Positions 17,001 to 26,053 of a stretch of 64,000 bases of DNA are shown here, piece by piece (positions within the stretch are counted from its first letter, which is position 1; every line of letters starts with the position of its first letter). Made by a program: the position numbers and the translations under genes. A model generated the notes under the pieces. The model was not told the origin of the DNA, made no database searches, and worked only from the letters and a program-made list of their open reading frames with translations. Origin of the DNA: Erysipelotrichia bacterium (lineage in GTDB: Bacteria; Bacillota_I; Bacilli_A; Erysipelotrichales; Erysipelotrichaceae); the NCBI GenBank assembly GCA_030525245.1, contig JAUNFB010000003.1, positions 8,424 to 72,423 of the forward strand, given 5' to 3'.

Positions 17001-19461
17001 TTTAGGAATATTGGCTCATGTTGATGCCGGGAAAACAACACTTAATGAGTGTTGCCTTTATCATGGGGGAGTCATTCGCAAAATCGGTAGGGTGGATAAT
17101 CGAAATTCTTATTTTGACAGTAATCCTTTGGAAAAAAACAGAGGAATTACAATATTTACAAAAACAGCCGGTTTTACTTGGCATGGCAGTAATATTACCT
17201 TGGTGGACACACCGGGGCATAAAGATTTTGTCGGTGAAATGGAAAGAACTTTACAGGTGCTAGATGAAATTGTGTTGGTTATCAGCGGTTTAGATGGGGT
17301 ACAATCACAAAGTGAAATAATATTTAAGTTGTCCGAGCAGTATAATTTACCGCTATTTGTTTTTATCAATAAGATGGATTTAACCAATTTTACTCAGCAA
17401 CAACTTTTAGCTGATTTGAATAACAAATTGAAAGGACATTTCATTCCTTTTAATGATTTTGATACGGAAGCGGTAGCTTTAAGCGATGAAAAACTTTTGG
17501 AAGAATATTTAAATACAAAGGCATTATCTGTTCCGTCAGTTGCTCAAGCGATAAAAGAGCGGAGGATTTTTCCGGTATATTTCGGCAGTGCTCTAAAGGA
17601 TAAGGGGATTGTGGAATTACTGAACGGCATTGAAAAATTCAGCGCAGAGAAGAAGTATCCGCAACAGTTCGGTTTACGGATTTTTAAGGTTGCTTACGAG
17701 GATAATACGCGTTGGTGCTATGGAAAAGTTACCGGTGGGACACTGGCCGCTAAACAGAAATTGACCGAAGATGAGAAAGTTGACCAATTGTTTATCCCTT
17801 CTTCCGATAAATTTATTCCGGTAAACAGAGTAGAAGCCGGGCAGATCGTTGCGATAAAGGGATTGAAGGTATTGAGTGCCGGAAGCGGTGTAGGTATCGA
17901 GGAAAATGAGAACTTTTCCCGTATTAAAGCTTATATGCAGTATAGTGTAGAAACATCGGGAAATGTTGATCAAAAAGAATTATTGAAGCAGTTAGAAATG
18001 TTGCGTCAGGAAGATCCGTCAATTGAAATTATTTATCAACCGCAATTGAAACAATATTGTTTGTTTTTGATGGGAGAAATTCAAATTGAAGTCATTGAGG
18101 CTTTGATTAAACAGCGTAGCGGCATTGATATTCGTTTGGTTTGTCCAAAGGTAGTATATAAAGAGACTTTAACGGAAGGCATCATCGGATATGGTCATTT
18201 TGAACCGCTTAGGCATTATGCCGAAGTGCATGTATTGTTGGAACCGTTAGAAAGAAATAGTGGTATTGAGATTGTCAATGGTTTGAATAACGATGAGCTG
18301 AGCCAAGGATGGCAAACTGCGATTATGAACAGTCTGCAACAAAAAAAATTTAAGGGTGTATTGACCGGCAGTGAAATTACAGATATGAGAATAACAGTAA
18401 TTCGGGCAAAAGGAAGTTTGAAGCATACCGAAAGCGGTGATTTCCGGCAAGCGGTTTATCGGGCAATCAGGAATGGTTTGAAAAGGGGCAAAAGCATTCT
18501 TTTAGAGCCTTATTATGAATTTATGATCAGGGTTAAAAGAGAATATGTCAGTAAGGTTCTTTTTGATTTGGAAATGATGAAGGCACAAGTTCAATTGAGT
18601 CAACAGTTCGATGACACCATAATTACAGGTAAAGCCCCGGTAAGATTAATGAATGAATATATTAATTCATTTTCTTCCCAATGTTCCGGCACCGGTAAGA
18701 TTGATTATAAATTGAGCGGTTATGAGCAATGTTGTGACAGTGAAGAAATTATTAAGGAAATAAATTATGACAGTGAAGCGGATTTAGATTGTCCGACCGG
18801 TTCGGTTTTTTGCTCTCATGGCAGTGGTTTTTATGTTCCTTATGATTATGTGGCGGATTATATCCATATCAAAGAAGACAATTATCGTATTTCATCGGAA
18901 ATAACGGAAAGAAACCATACAGTCAGTGATTCGGAGTTAAAGAAAGTATTTGCGGATATAAACGGCAGAAATCGTAAAGATAAAAAAATGACAGAGAAAA
19001 AGGTGTATAAAGAATCTTATACACCTAAGAAAGTAGTAATTAAACCGAAATTATTAATAGTTGACGGCTATAATATTATTTATAATTATGAAAAGACTAA
19101 GGAATTGATGCGAGACAGTTTGGATAGTGCTCGTGATGTTTTGATTAATGATGTAGCCTCTTATACCGGTTATCTTGGCTATAAGACTATTATTGTTTTT
19201 GATGCTTATAAGAGGGAAGAAAATACCGGCAAGAGCTTTGTGAATGGCAGTGTAACGGTGGTTTATACCAAACAGGGACAAAGTGCAGATTCATATATTG
19301 AAAAGTTGGTTCACGATCATATCGACGACTATCGTATCACTGTTGCTACTTCCGATAGAGCTGTGCAGGATATGGTTCTCGGTTGCGGTGCCATCCGAAT
19401 GAGCGCTCGGGAATTGCAGTTGAATTTAGAATATATGCATAACCAGGCCGACAGTAAGTAA
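16987..19461 (+). CDS. Tet(M)/EF-G-type ribosomal GTPase fused to a C-terminal YacP/Rae1-type NYN ribonuclease domain
   Basis: N-terminus GILAHVDAGKTTL, RGITI, DTPGH, NKMD. C-terminus (nt 19042..19461) LLIVDGYNIIY, ARDVLI, IIVFDAY, SADSYIEKL, VATSD, GAIRMSAREL. It is one uninterrupted ORF. Confidence 0.85.
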   Translation: MRQINLGILAHVDAGKTTLNECCLYHGGVIRKIGRVDNRNSYFDSNPLEKNRGITIFTKTAGFTWHGSNITLVDTPGHKDFVGEMERTLQVLDEIVLVISGLDGVQSQSEIIFKLSEQYNLPLFVFINKMDLTNFTQQQLLADLNNKLKGHFIPFNDFDTEAVALSDEKLLEEYLNTKALSVPSVAQAIKERRIFPVYFGSALKDKGIVELLNGIEKFSAEKKYPQQFGLRIFKVAYEDNTRWCYGKVTGGTLAAKQKLTEDEKVDQLFIPSSDKFIPVNRVEAGQIVAIKGLKVLSAGSGVGIEENENFSRIKAYMQYSVETSGNVDQKELLKQLEMLRQEDPSIEIIYQPQLKQYCLFLMGEIQIEVIEALIKQRSGIDIRLVCPKVVYKETLTEGIIGYGHFEPLRHYAEVHVLLEPLERNSGIEIVNGLNNDELSQGWQTAIMNSLQQKKFKGVLTGSEITDMRITVIRAKGSLKHTESGDFRQAVYRAIRNGLKRGKSILLEPYYEFMIRVKREYVSKVLFDLEMMKAQVQLSQQFDDTIITGKAPVRLMNEYINSFSSQCSGTGKIDYKLSGYEQCCDSEEIIKEINYDSEADLDCPTGSVFCSHGSGFYVPYDYVADYIHIKEDNYRISSEITERNHTVSDSELKKVFADINGRNRKDKKMTEKKVYKESYTPKKVVIKPKLLIVDGYNIIYNYEKTKELMRDSLDSARDVLINDVASYTGYLGYKTIIVFDAYKREENTGKSFVNGSVTVVYTKQGQSADSYIEKLVHDHIDDYRITVATSDRAVQDMVLGCGAIRMSARELQLNLEYMHNQADSK

Positions 19462-19463
19462 AA

Positions 19464-20684
19464 TTATTTTTCTTTGATTTCTTTTAAATTAAGATTTCGA
19501 TTATGTTCAATAGGTGTCCATTTTACTTTGGTAAACAGAGCCACTAATGAAATCGGAATATAAGTCAACATAAAAAACGGGAAAGTGAACATATAAAATA
19601 TTTTCTTAATGTCAGAACAGTAAATTTGTTTCCATTGAGTTATGGTGGTTGTTAATCCGATAATAAATAATGTTAAATAACCGCTGCAACAGAGCTGTAT
19701 CAGAGAATTTTTATCCGAATTGCCATAAACAAAAGCCAATATATTAGCGATAACACTGATAAAAGAAAGAATAGCTGCCGGAGCGATGTTCATCAACATA
19801 TCGTAGCAAGAGAAACTTCCTCTAAACATCCCCGAAATTAAGTCAATTCCGTATTTTTGCAGAACCTGCAAATAGCCTTTAGACCAGCGCAATCGTTGAT
19901 GAAATGATTGCTTAAATTCCGTCGGTTGTTCATCAAAAAGTATGGCTTTTTTAGCATATCCGATTTTTTCGCCTCTGGTTATATTGTAAACGGAAAATTC
20001 AATGTCTTCGGTCAATAAGAAGAATTTCCAATTGCCGCATTTATCCAAAATTTCTTGTGAGAACATAAACCCTGTTCCATTTACTGAGCAGCTGCTTTTT
20101 ATACGCATTCTGGCGGCACTTAACTGTCCGGATTCATGCAAATACCATAAACCATAACCGGCAGAAATCCAGTTATCGCCGTAGTTTTTAGAATTACGAT
20201 AGGAAGTGATGATTTTGTAGCCTCGATTGTATACGCGGTTGATTTCTTTCAGAAAATTTGTATCCAAAATGTTATCTGCATCAAAAACAATGTATGCTGA
20301 GTATTTTTTGTTTTGTTCTTTTATTTTTTGAAGGATATAGTTTAAGACATATCCTTTTCCTATTTGCTGCTTGTTGTTCCTTTCATAAACAATTGCTCCG
20401 TATTTTTGGGCAATTGCGGCTGTATTATCGGTGCAGTTGTCTGCACAAACATAGATGTCGTAAGAATCATGGGGGTAATTTTGATTTTGAATACTGTTGA
20501 GTAAATTGCCGATTACTTTTTCTTCATTGCGCGCAGCGATCAAAATGGCATATTTGTTGAGCTTGTCGTTATATTCTTCCTTTTTACTTGGAAGCAAAGA
20601 AATGATAAGGTATATAAATTGGTAGAAGTAACAAACTGAAAATATTATTATCAGTGATTTATTTATTATTTCAATAGCTGTCAT
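19464..20684 (-). CDS. Membrane-integrated processive family-2 glycosyltransferase
   Basis: VFDADN, the TED motif LTEDIEF and QxxRW (QRLRWSKG), with an N-terminal helix and 3-4 C-terminal TM helices. Confidence 0.8.
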   Translation of the reverse strand: MTAIEIINKSLIIIFSVCYFYQFIYLIISLLPSKKEEYNDKLNKYAILIAARNEEKVIGNLLNSIQNQNYPHDSYDIYVCADNCTDNTAAIAQKYGAIVYERNNKQQIGKGYVLNYILQKIKEQNKKYSAYIVFDADNILDTNFLKEINRVYNRGYKIITSYRNSKNYGDNWISAGYGLWYLHESGQLSAARMRIKSSCSVNGTGFMFSQEILDKCGNWKFFLLTEDIEFSVYNITRGEKIGYAKKAILFDEQPTEFKQSFHQRLRWSKGYLQVLQKYGIDLISGMFRGSFSCYDMLMNIAPAAILSFISVIANILAFVYGNSDKNSLIQLCCSGYLTLFIIGLTTTITQWKQIYCSDIKKIFYMFTFPFFMLTYIPISLVALFTKVKWTPIEHNRNLNLKEIKEK

Positions 20685-20877
20685 ACTTTTTCTCCTTGCA
20701 GATATGGGAACATTTGTACAAAATGTTTCCGCGATTTATTTTAATATGAAAGAAATTTGTTTTACAAGAGAGTTGATAAAATATTAAAGTATACTTAATA
20801 AATTATGTTGTAAGGAGTAAAAATCTGAAATGCTTTTAAAAAGGTGATATAATAACAATTGATAAGGAGGTAATTTT

Positions 20878-21435
20878 ATGAGAAAAAATATAAAGCAAAC
20901 TGAAGGAATATTTCCAATGCCTGTTTTAATGATTGCTACATATAACGAGGATAACAGTGTCGATGTGATGAATGCCGCTTGGGGCACAATGTTTGAAAGG
21001 AATCAGGTGGTTTTGAATTTAACAGAAACACATAAAACAGTAAAAAATATCAAGGAAAGAAAAGCATTTACTGTTTCAATAGCAAATAGTAAACATGTCA
21101 CGGAAGCTGATTATTTTGGCGTAGCATCCGGAAACAATACGGCGAATAAATTTGAAAAAAGCAAATTAACCGCAACAAAATCGGAAATAATTGATGCACC
21201 GATCATAAATGACTTTCCGATTTGTATGGAATGCGAATTTATAAAATTCACAGATGCCGGAGTTGTTGGCAAAATAGTTAATATAAGTGTAGATGAAAAT
21301 GTAATGAATGGAGAAAAAGTTGATATTGAAAAAGTATCAGCAATAGCATTTGACCCGTATACTCATGGATATTACAAGGTATCTGAAAGAGTAGGAGAAG
21401 CATTCCATGATGGATTTAAGATAAAAAATATTTAG
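20878..21435 (+). CDS. Flavin reductase-like (FMN-binding split-barrel) protein
   Basis: PMPVLMIATYNEDNSVDVMNAAWG is a flavoredoxin-type N-terminus. Paralogue of 35936..36484. Confidence 0.75.
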   Translation: MRKNIKQTEGIFPMPVLMIATYNEDNSVDVMNAAWGTMFERNQVVLNLTETHKTVKNIKERKAFTVSIANSKHVTEADYFGVASGNNTANKFEKSKLTATKSEIIDAPIINDFPICMECEFIKFTDAGVVGKIVNISVDENVMNGEKVDIEKVSAIAFDPYTHGYYKVSERVGEAFHDGFKIKNI

Positions 21436-21461
21436 TTTAATTAAATGCTCCCAATGGATTC

Positions 21462-21501
21462 AAAAAGATGATTTCGGTATTGAAAAGAAGTCATCTTTTT
21501 T
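21462..21501 (+). terminator. Intrinsic terminator
   Basis: AAAAGATGA...TCATCTTTT with a T-run. Confidence 0.6.
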
Positions 21502-21644
21502 ATATCCGGAACAATTCTTCTTCCTGTAACATTGAACAACATGTTAAGTCTTTTATTTTCAAGAAAAATCGTACTAAAAACATACAAATAAATTTTTATA
21601 TTGAAACATAAAAAAATTAAGGTTTCCCTTAATTAATTTACAGA

Positions 21645-21720
21645 TGGTGCCACTTGTCGGAATCGAACCAACGACCTACTCATTACGAATGAGTTGCTCT
21701 GCCGACTGAGCTAAAGTGGC
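21645..21720 (-). tRNA. tRNA-Thr (anticodon CGU)
   Basis: The reverse complement GCCACTTTAGCTCAGTCGGCAGAGCAACTCATTCGTAATGAGTAGGTCGTTGGTTCGATTCCGACAAGTGGCACCA folds as a cloverleaf. The anticodon loop is TTCGTAA and CCA is encoded. Confidence 0.9.
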
Positions 21721-21760
21721 AATTCCATAATAATATAGCATATTATTGGAAATTGTGGAG

Positions 21761-22252
21761 TTATTTTTTCTTGGAATTATTTTGAAAGTCAAATAATCTG
21801 CCGATAGTTTTTCCTTCCAAGTAATTGATTTCTTTCTTTTCGATATATTTATTTAATGTTCGCAATGCTTTTCCGCTTTGGAAAGTAGGAACATATATTT
21901 CAGCATTTTCTAATTGGAAATATATGCAGTCGACTTTATTACTGTCTTTCTTGGCAGTCCAACGTATAATGTTTTCAAACGGTAAAAAGTAGCCTTGATT
22001 TGTATTCTTAACATTATAGATTAATACTCCGTCATCATAGATTGCCATTGTCGGATAATCTTTAATAAAAACAAAACTGGCCATATTCAAGGTTAATAAA
22101 AATGTTCCTAAGATGATGGCTAATTTGTTCATGGTGGCAACTAATAAAACAGTTGCCAAAAGACTGATTAGATTTGATAAATACGGTTTATAGCCTACTT
22201 TTTTTATAAAGTTACCTTTTAAAGTCAATTCTGATATATTTCGATAATTCAT
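21761..22252 (-). CDS. Hypothetical membrane protein (2 TM helices plus a soluble C-terminal domain)
   Basis: 163-aa ORF with two adjacent hydrophobic helices. No family was recognised. Confidence 0.5.
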   Translation of the reverse strand: MNYRNISELTLKGNFIKKVGYKPYLSNLISLLATVLLVATMNKLAIILGTFLLTLNMASFVFIKDYPTMAIYDDGVLIYNVKNTNQGYFLPFENIIRWTAKKDSNKVDCIYFQLENAEIYVPTFQSGKALRTLNKYIEKKEINYLEGKTIGRLFDFQNNSKKK

Positions 22253-22345
22253 TGATAACCTCCGTTTAAGACAGCTTTCTGTAATTAATTATATCATTTT
22301 ATGAAGAATTTGCTATAATAAAAGACAAAAAGGAGCAATAAGAAG

Positions 22346-22939
22346 ATGAATACATTGATAGAAAAGATAAAAGCAGAGGCCTTATCGCAAAAAGTTCCGA
22401 TTATGGAGGATGAGGGATTGCAATATGTTATTAACTTTCTGCGAGAGAAGAATATCGGCAGTTTATTGGAAATAGGGACAGCTGTCGGTTACAGCAGTAT
22501 TTGCTTCGCTTCAGCGAAAGAAGATCTTCAAATTGTTACTTTGGAAAAGGATGAGCAGAGATATCAACAGGCATTAAAAAATATTCAAATGGTCGGTTTG
22601 GATCAGCGAATCAAAGCTGTTTTAACAGATGCCAGAGAGTTTTGTTTAGATGAACAATTTGATTGTTTGTTTTTGGACGGACCGAAGGCACATAATCAAC
22701 AATTGTTGGAAATGTACAGTCATAATTTGAAAAAGGGCGGTTATATTATTGTTGATGATGTCTATTTTCACGGCTTTGTTGATCATCCGGAAATGCTTAA
22801 AACTGCCAGACTAAAACCATTGGTAAAAAAACTGACCAAATTCAGAAATGATATGTTGGAAAGTTCGAAGTACGAATGCCGATATTTGCAGGTCGGCGAT
22901 GGTTTGTTGATATGTAAAAGGAGAGATGAAAATGAGTAA
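22346..22939 (+). CDS. Class I SAM-dependent O-methyltransferase (YrrM/TrmR-like)
   Basis: The SAM motif LLEIGTAVGYSS and the FLDGPK acidic loop, typical of the Methyltransf_3 family. Confidence 0.7.
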   Translation: MNTLIEKIKAEALSQKVPIMEDEGLQYVINFLREKNIGSLLEIGTAVGYSSICFASAKEDLQIVTLEKDEQRYQQALKNIQMVGLDQRIKAVLTDAREFCLDEQFDCLFLDGPKAHNQQLLEMYSHNLKKGGYIIVDDVYFHGFVDHPEMLKTARLKPLVKKLTKFRNDMLESSKYECRYLQVGDGLLICKRRDENE

Positions 22940-24236
22940 TCAGGAAAAATTTATTGAATTTTTAAATAACAGTCATTGCGCTTTTTGGGCGGTTAACGAA
23001 ATTGAAAAACAATTGATTGCTGCGGGATTTATTAAACTGAAAGAAAACAGTACTTGGAATTTGGAAAACAATCGTTATTATTATGTGGTTAGAAATCAAA
23101 GCAGCATAATTGCTTTTAAAATCCCGGAAATAAATGAAGTACACTCGGTTAATGTCATTGCTTCCCACAGCGATTCTCCGGCTTTGAAAATTAAACCTGT
23201 TGCCGATATGAAAGATAAAAAATATAATCGCTTGAATGTGGAAGTATATGGCGGAGCGATATTGGCTACTTGGTTGGATCGACCTCTTTCTTTGACCGGA
23301 AGAGTAACGCTAATGGAAAACGGCAATTTAGTCAGTAAATTGGTTGATTTTGATGAGGATATGGCCATTATTCCGAATGTAGCAATTCATCAAAATCGGC
23401 AGATCAATGACGGCTATAAATGGAATCCGCAGGTGGATTTAATACCGATTAGCGGTTTGCAGGGTAGCGATGATTATTTTAACAGTTTGTTGGCAGAGAA
23501 GTTGCATGTGGATAAAGAAAATATTTATGCGCATGATTTATTTTTATACAATCGTCAAAGGGCATGCATTTGGGGTCAAAAACAAGAATTTATTTCTTCG
23601 GGAAGAATTGATAATTTGGCAAGCGCCTTTACATCTTTGCAGGCTTTCTTAAAGTCTTACAGTAAGCATTCGATTAATATATTGGCGGTATTTGACAATG
23701 AGGAAGTCGGCGCAATTACTAAGCAAGGTATGGCCTCTAAGTTCTTAAGTGATGTAATTGAAAGAATTTTTACTTCTTTCTATTATGTCGGCAGTGATAT
23801 TAAAGCAATTTTGGCTAATTCATTTTTAGTCAGTTCGGATAATGCTCATGCCGTTCATCCGAATCATCCGGAGTTGTATGACAGCACAAATCAAACTTAT
23901 TTAAATGAGGGAGTGGTTATTAAAACAGCTGCCAGTCAAAGTTATGTTACCGATGCTGTCTCGTTAGCTGTTACTAAGTTGTTGTGCCAACGGGTTGAGG
24001 TTCCTTATCAAATTTTTGCTAATAAGAGCGATAATAGAGGCGGCTCGACACAGGCAGCGATCTCAACAATCAATTTACCTTTGAATATGGTTGATATTGG
24101 TTTGCCTCAATTGGCTATGCATTCGTCTTATGAAACTTGCGGTAGCGATGATATCGATTATATGATTGATTTTATGAGCGAATTTTATAACAGTACGATT
24201 ACTGTAGATGACAATAAATTTATTATCAATAATTAA
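22926..24236 (+). CDS. M18-family aminopeptidase
   Basis: ASHSDSPALKIKP, FDNEEVG and the MHS.YE blocks of aspartyl/M18 aminopeptidases. Confidence 0.85.
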   Translation: MKMSNQEKFIEFLNNSHCAFWAVNEIEKQLIAAGFIKLKENSTWNLENNRYYYVVRNQSSIIAFKIPEINEVHSVNVIASHSDSPALKIKPVADMKDKKYNRLNVEVYGGAILATWLDRPLSLTGRVTLMENGNLVSKLVDFDEDMAIIPNVAIHQNRQINDGYKWNPQVDLIPISGLQGSDDYFNSLLAEKLHVDKENIYAHDLFLYNRQRACIWGQKQEFISSGRIDNLASAFTSLQAFLKSYSKHSINILAVFDNEEVGAITKQGMASKFLSDVIERIFTSFYYVGSDIKAILANSFLVSSDNAHAVHPNHPELYDSTNQTYLNEGVVIKTAASQSYVTDAVSLAVTKLLCQRVEVPYQIFANKSDNRGGSTQAAISTINLPLNMVDIGLPQLAMHSSYETCGSDDIDYMIDFMSEFYNSTITVDDNKFIINN

Positions 24237-24240
24237 AAAA

Positions 24241-24297
24241 GGCTGTCGTTGACAGCCCTGCTGAAGTGAGCTCTCGGTAAAACGGGCTCACTTTTTT
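24241..24297. terminator. Pair of terminators between convergent genes
   Basis: GGCTGTC-gtt-GACAGCC (T-run on the minus strand) and AGTGAGC-n14-GCTCACT with TTTTTT (plus strand). Confidence 0.65.
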
Positions 24298-25819
24298 ATC
24301 GATGGATTGTGATGGTAATTGTCTGACCGCAAGCAGAAGTGAAATAAATATAGCCGTTCTCTTCTGTTTGTTCGGATAAAGTAAATTCAATTGTCTGACC
24401 GCTTATATTATCAAGATCAATATTTTCACTGATGTTGAATGATCCCGAACAATTTACGGTCAGGGATGCTTTACCGTTTTCACCTACTTTGATGTCATTT
24501 TGCGAATATTCTAAAGCACTTTGAACGGTAATTACTTTTAAGGTTGGTTCTAAGCGGAAAATGGTAATGTCCGATTTAAGTTGTTCGAAAGAGAAGTAAG
24601 CATTTAATGTTACCGTAGTAGTTAATTCATTAACGGCGCTTAAAGGTGTAACAGTGCAATTGGAAGTTGTAAAGGAGATGTCTAAGCAATTGTTATAATT
24701 GTCTAAAATTAGCTTTAGTCCGCTTTCGGCAGTGATATTTCTTTCGCTTCTTTGACCATTTTCGAACTTAACATAGTGAATTGTAGCCTCATTATGGTGT
24801 ACATTGCCTTCACTATCGATATAGAAATTTAATATTTCCTGTGTAGGAGCATTCCAACTGGCAAATATGTATTCATCATTGACATAAACGATGGCCGTTG
24901 CCGATTTACCGTTTTCGCTTGTTACGGTAATTTTAGCCTTTCCGCCGCTGATTGCTTTGATAGTACCGTATTTATCGATAGTTGCGACCTGCTCATTATC
25001 CGATGAATAAGTGAGGCCAATCTTGCTATTGGCATCGCTAGGGGTAAATATGGTATTGGTAGAAATTGTATCGCCTTTGTTTATCTTATAAACTGCTTGG
25101 TTGAAGGCAACCGATGTCGGTTCAATTGGAATTAATTGAAAATCTGCTTTTAACTCTATGTTTTCGGTAATCGGTTTGTTGAAGTCAAAAGGTGCGTTGT
25201 TTAAAAGCCAGCCTCTGAATTCATAGCCTTTTTTACTTGGTTCGATTGTCGGCTGCTTTACTTTTTCTCCTTCGATTACTTCTGCTTTTTGGATTTGTTG
25301 ACCATCACTGATAAAGATAACCGTATATATGTTTTTATAAACTGCTGTTAAAGTGATATCTTCGTTAAGCGGTTCTGTTAGATCGAAATTTTGTTTTTTA
25401 TCGGTTTGCCAGCCAAAGAATTTGCAACCTTTTTTTGTCGGTTCTTTTACTTTTAATAAGTCTCCTTGTTTGACGGTAATCGTTTCATTCGGATCACCGT
25501 TGTTATAGATTAAGGTGACATGAATTTCTTTTTTCCATTCGGCTTTTAAGGTGATATTGCTTTTTATCGGAGTGGAAAAATTGAATTCATTGCCATCTAA
25601 GGACCAATTGATAAAGATGTATCCCTCTTTTGTCGGATTTGCCGGTTGTTGAACAGTTTTTCCTTTTTTTACCGTAACACTTTCGATAGGGGTACCTCCA
25701 TCAGTGTTGAATTCGATGGTATATGATTTATTGTTGAAAACAAATATAAATAATAATGCTGCTGTAAGCAGAATGGTGATGCTAATTGCGGTTATTATTA
25801 AGACTTGTTTCTTTTTCAT
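24296..25819 (-). CDS. Membrane-anchored surface protein with Listeria-Bacteroides (Flg_new) repeats and a Big_2 domain
   Basis: The ATG at 25819 follows AGGAGG. There is a TM anchor and 4 repeats of Y.V.F..DG...KP..P.K.GY.F.GW, then ATIDKYGTIKAISGGKAKITVTS (Big_2-like). Confidence 0.75.
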   Translation of the reverse strand: MKKKQVLIITAISITILLTAALLFIFVFNNKSYTIEFNTDGGTPIESVTVKKGKTVQQPANPTKEGYIFINWSLDGNEFNFSTPIKSNITLKAEWKKEIHVTLIYNNGDPNETITVKQGDLLKVKEPTKKGCKFFGWQTDKKQNFDLTEPLNEDITLTAVYKNIYTVIFISDGQQIQKAEVIEGEKVKQPTIEPSKKGYEFRGWLLNNAPFDFNKPITENIELKADFQLIPIEPTSVAFNQAVYKINKGDTISTNTIFTPSDANSKIGLTYSSDNEQVATIDKYGTIKAISGGKAKITVTSENGKSATAIVYVNDEYIFASWNAPTQEILNFYIDSEGNVHHNEATIHYVKFENGQRSERNITAESGLKLILDNYNNCLDISFTTSNCTVTPLSAVNELTTTVTLNAYFSFEQLKSDITIFRLEPTLKVITVQSALEYSQNDIKVGENGKASLTVNCSGSFNISENIDLDNISGQTIEFTLSEQTEENGYIYFTSACGQTITITIHR

Positions 25820-25949
25820 AATGCTTGCCCTCCTTGCATCATTTACTATATTATACAAATATTTAATTGGTTAGCGCAACAATCTGCCTGTAAGCGTTAT
25901 ATAAATTGTAGTTATAGACAAATAAAAGTGATTCATCTATAATAATTTA

Positions 25950-26040
25950 CGGACAGGGGTGCCGAAAGGCTGAGATAGACCCTTAGACCTGATCCGGTTA
26001 GTACCGGCGTAGGAAGATCTAAGTTGGGATACCTGTAGAA
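25950..26040 (+). promoter_or_regulatory. TPP (THI-box) riboswitch
   Basis: GGGGTGCC..GGCTGAGA..ACCCTT.GACCTGATCCGGTTAGTACCGGCGTAGGAA matches the conserved TPP aptamer core. It lies directly upstream of thiT. Confidence 0.85.
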
Positions 26041-26053
26041 AGGTGTTTTTTTT

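Noticed and set aside
20784-20987. Minus-strand ORFs 20784..20987 and 35899..36135 share a similar peptide, PQAAFI(T/A)S.L.SS.YVA.IKTG.G, which could suggest a conserved small-protein family.
   Set aside because: Both lie antisense to the conserved N-termini (PMPVL..ATY.ED...D.MNAAWG) of the two flavin-reductase paralogues. The similarity is inherited from the sense strand, and neither has a Shine-Dalgarno.
23507-23515. A perfect DnaA box (TGTGGATAA, the reverse complement of TTATCCACA).
   Set aside because: It is a single occurrence inside the M18 aminopeptidase coding sequence. One perfect 9-mer in 64 kb on two strands is close to the chance expectation, and there is no cluster or AT-rich unwinding element nearby.
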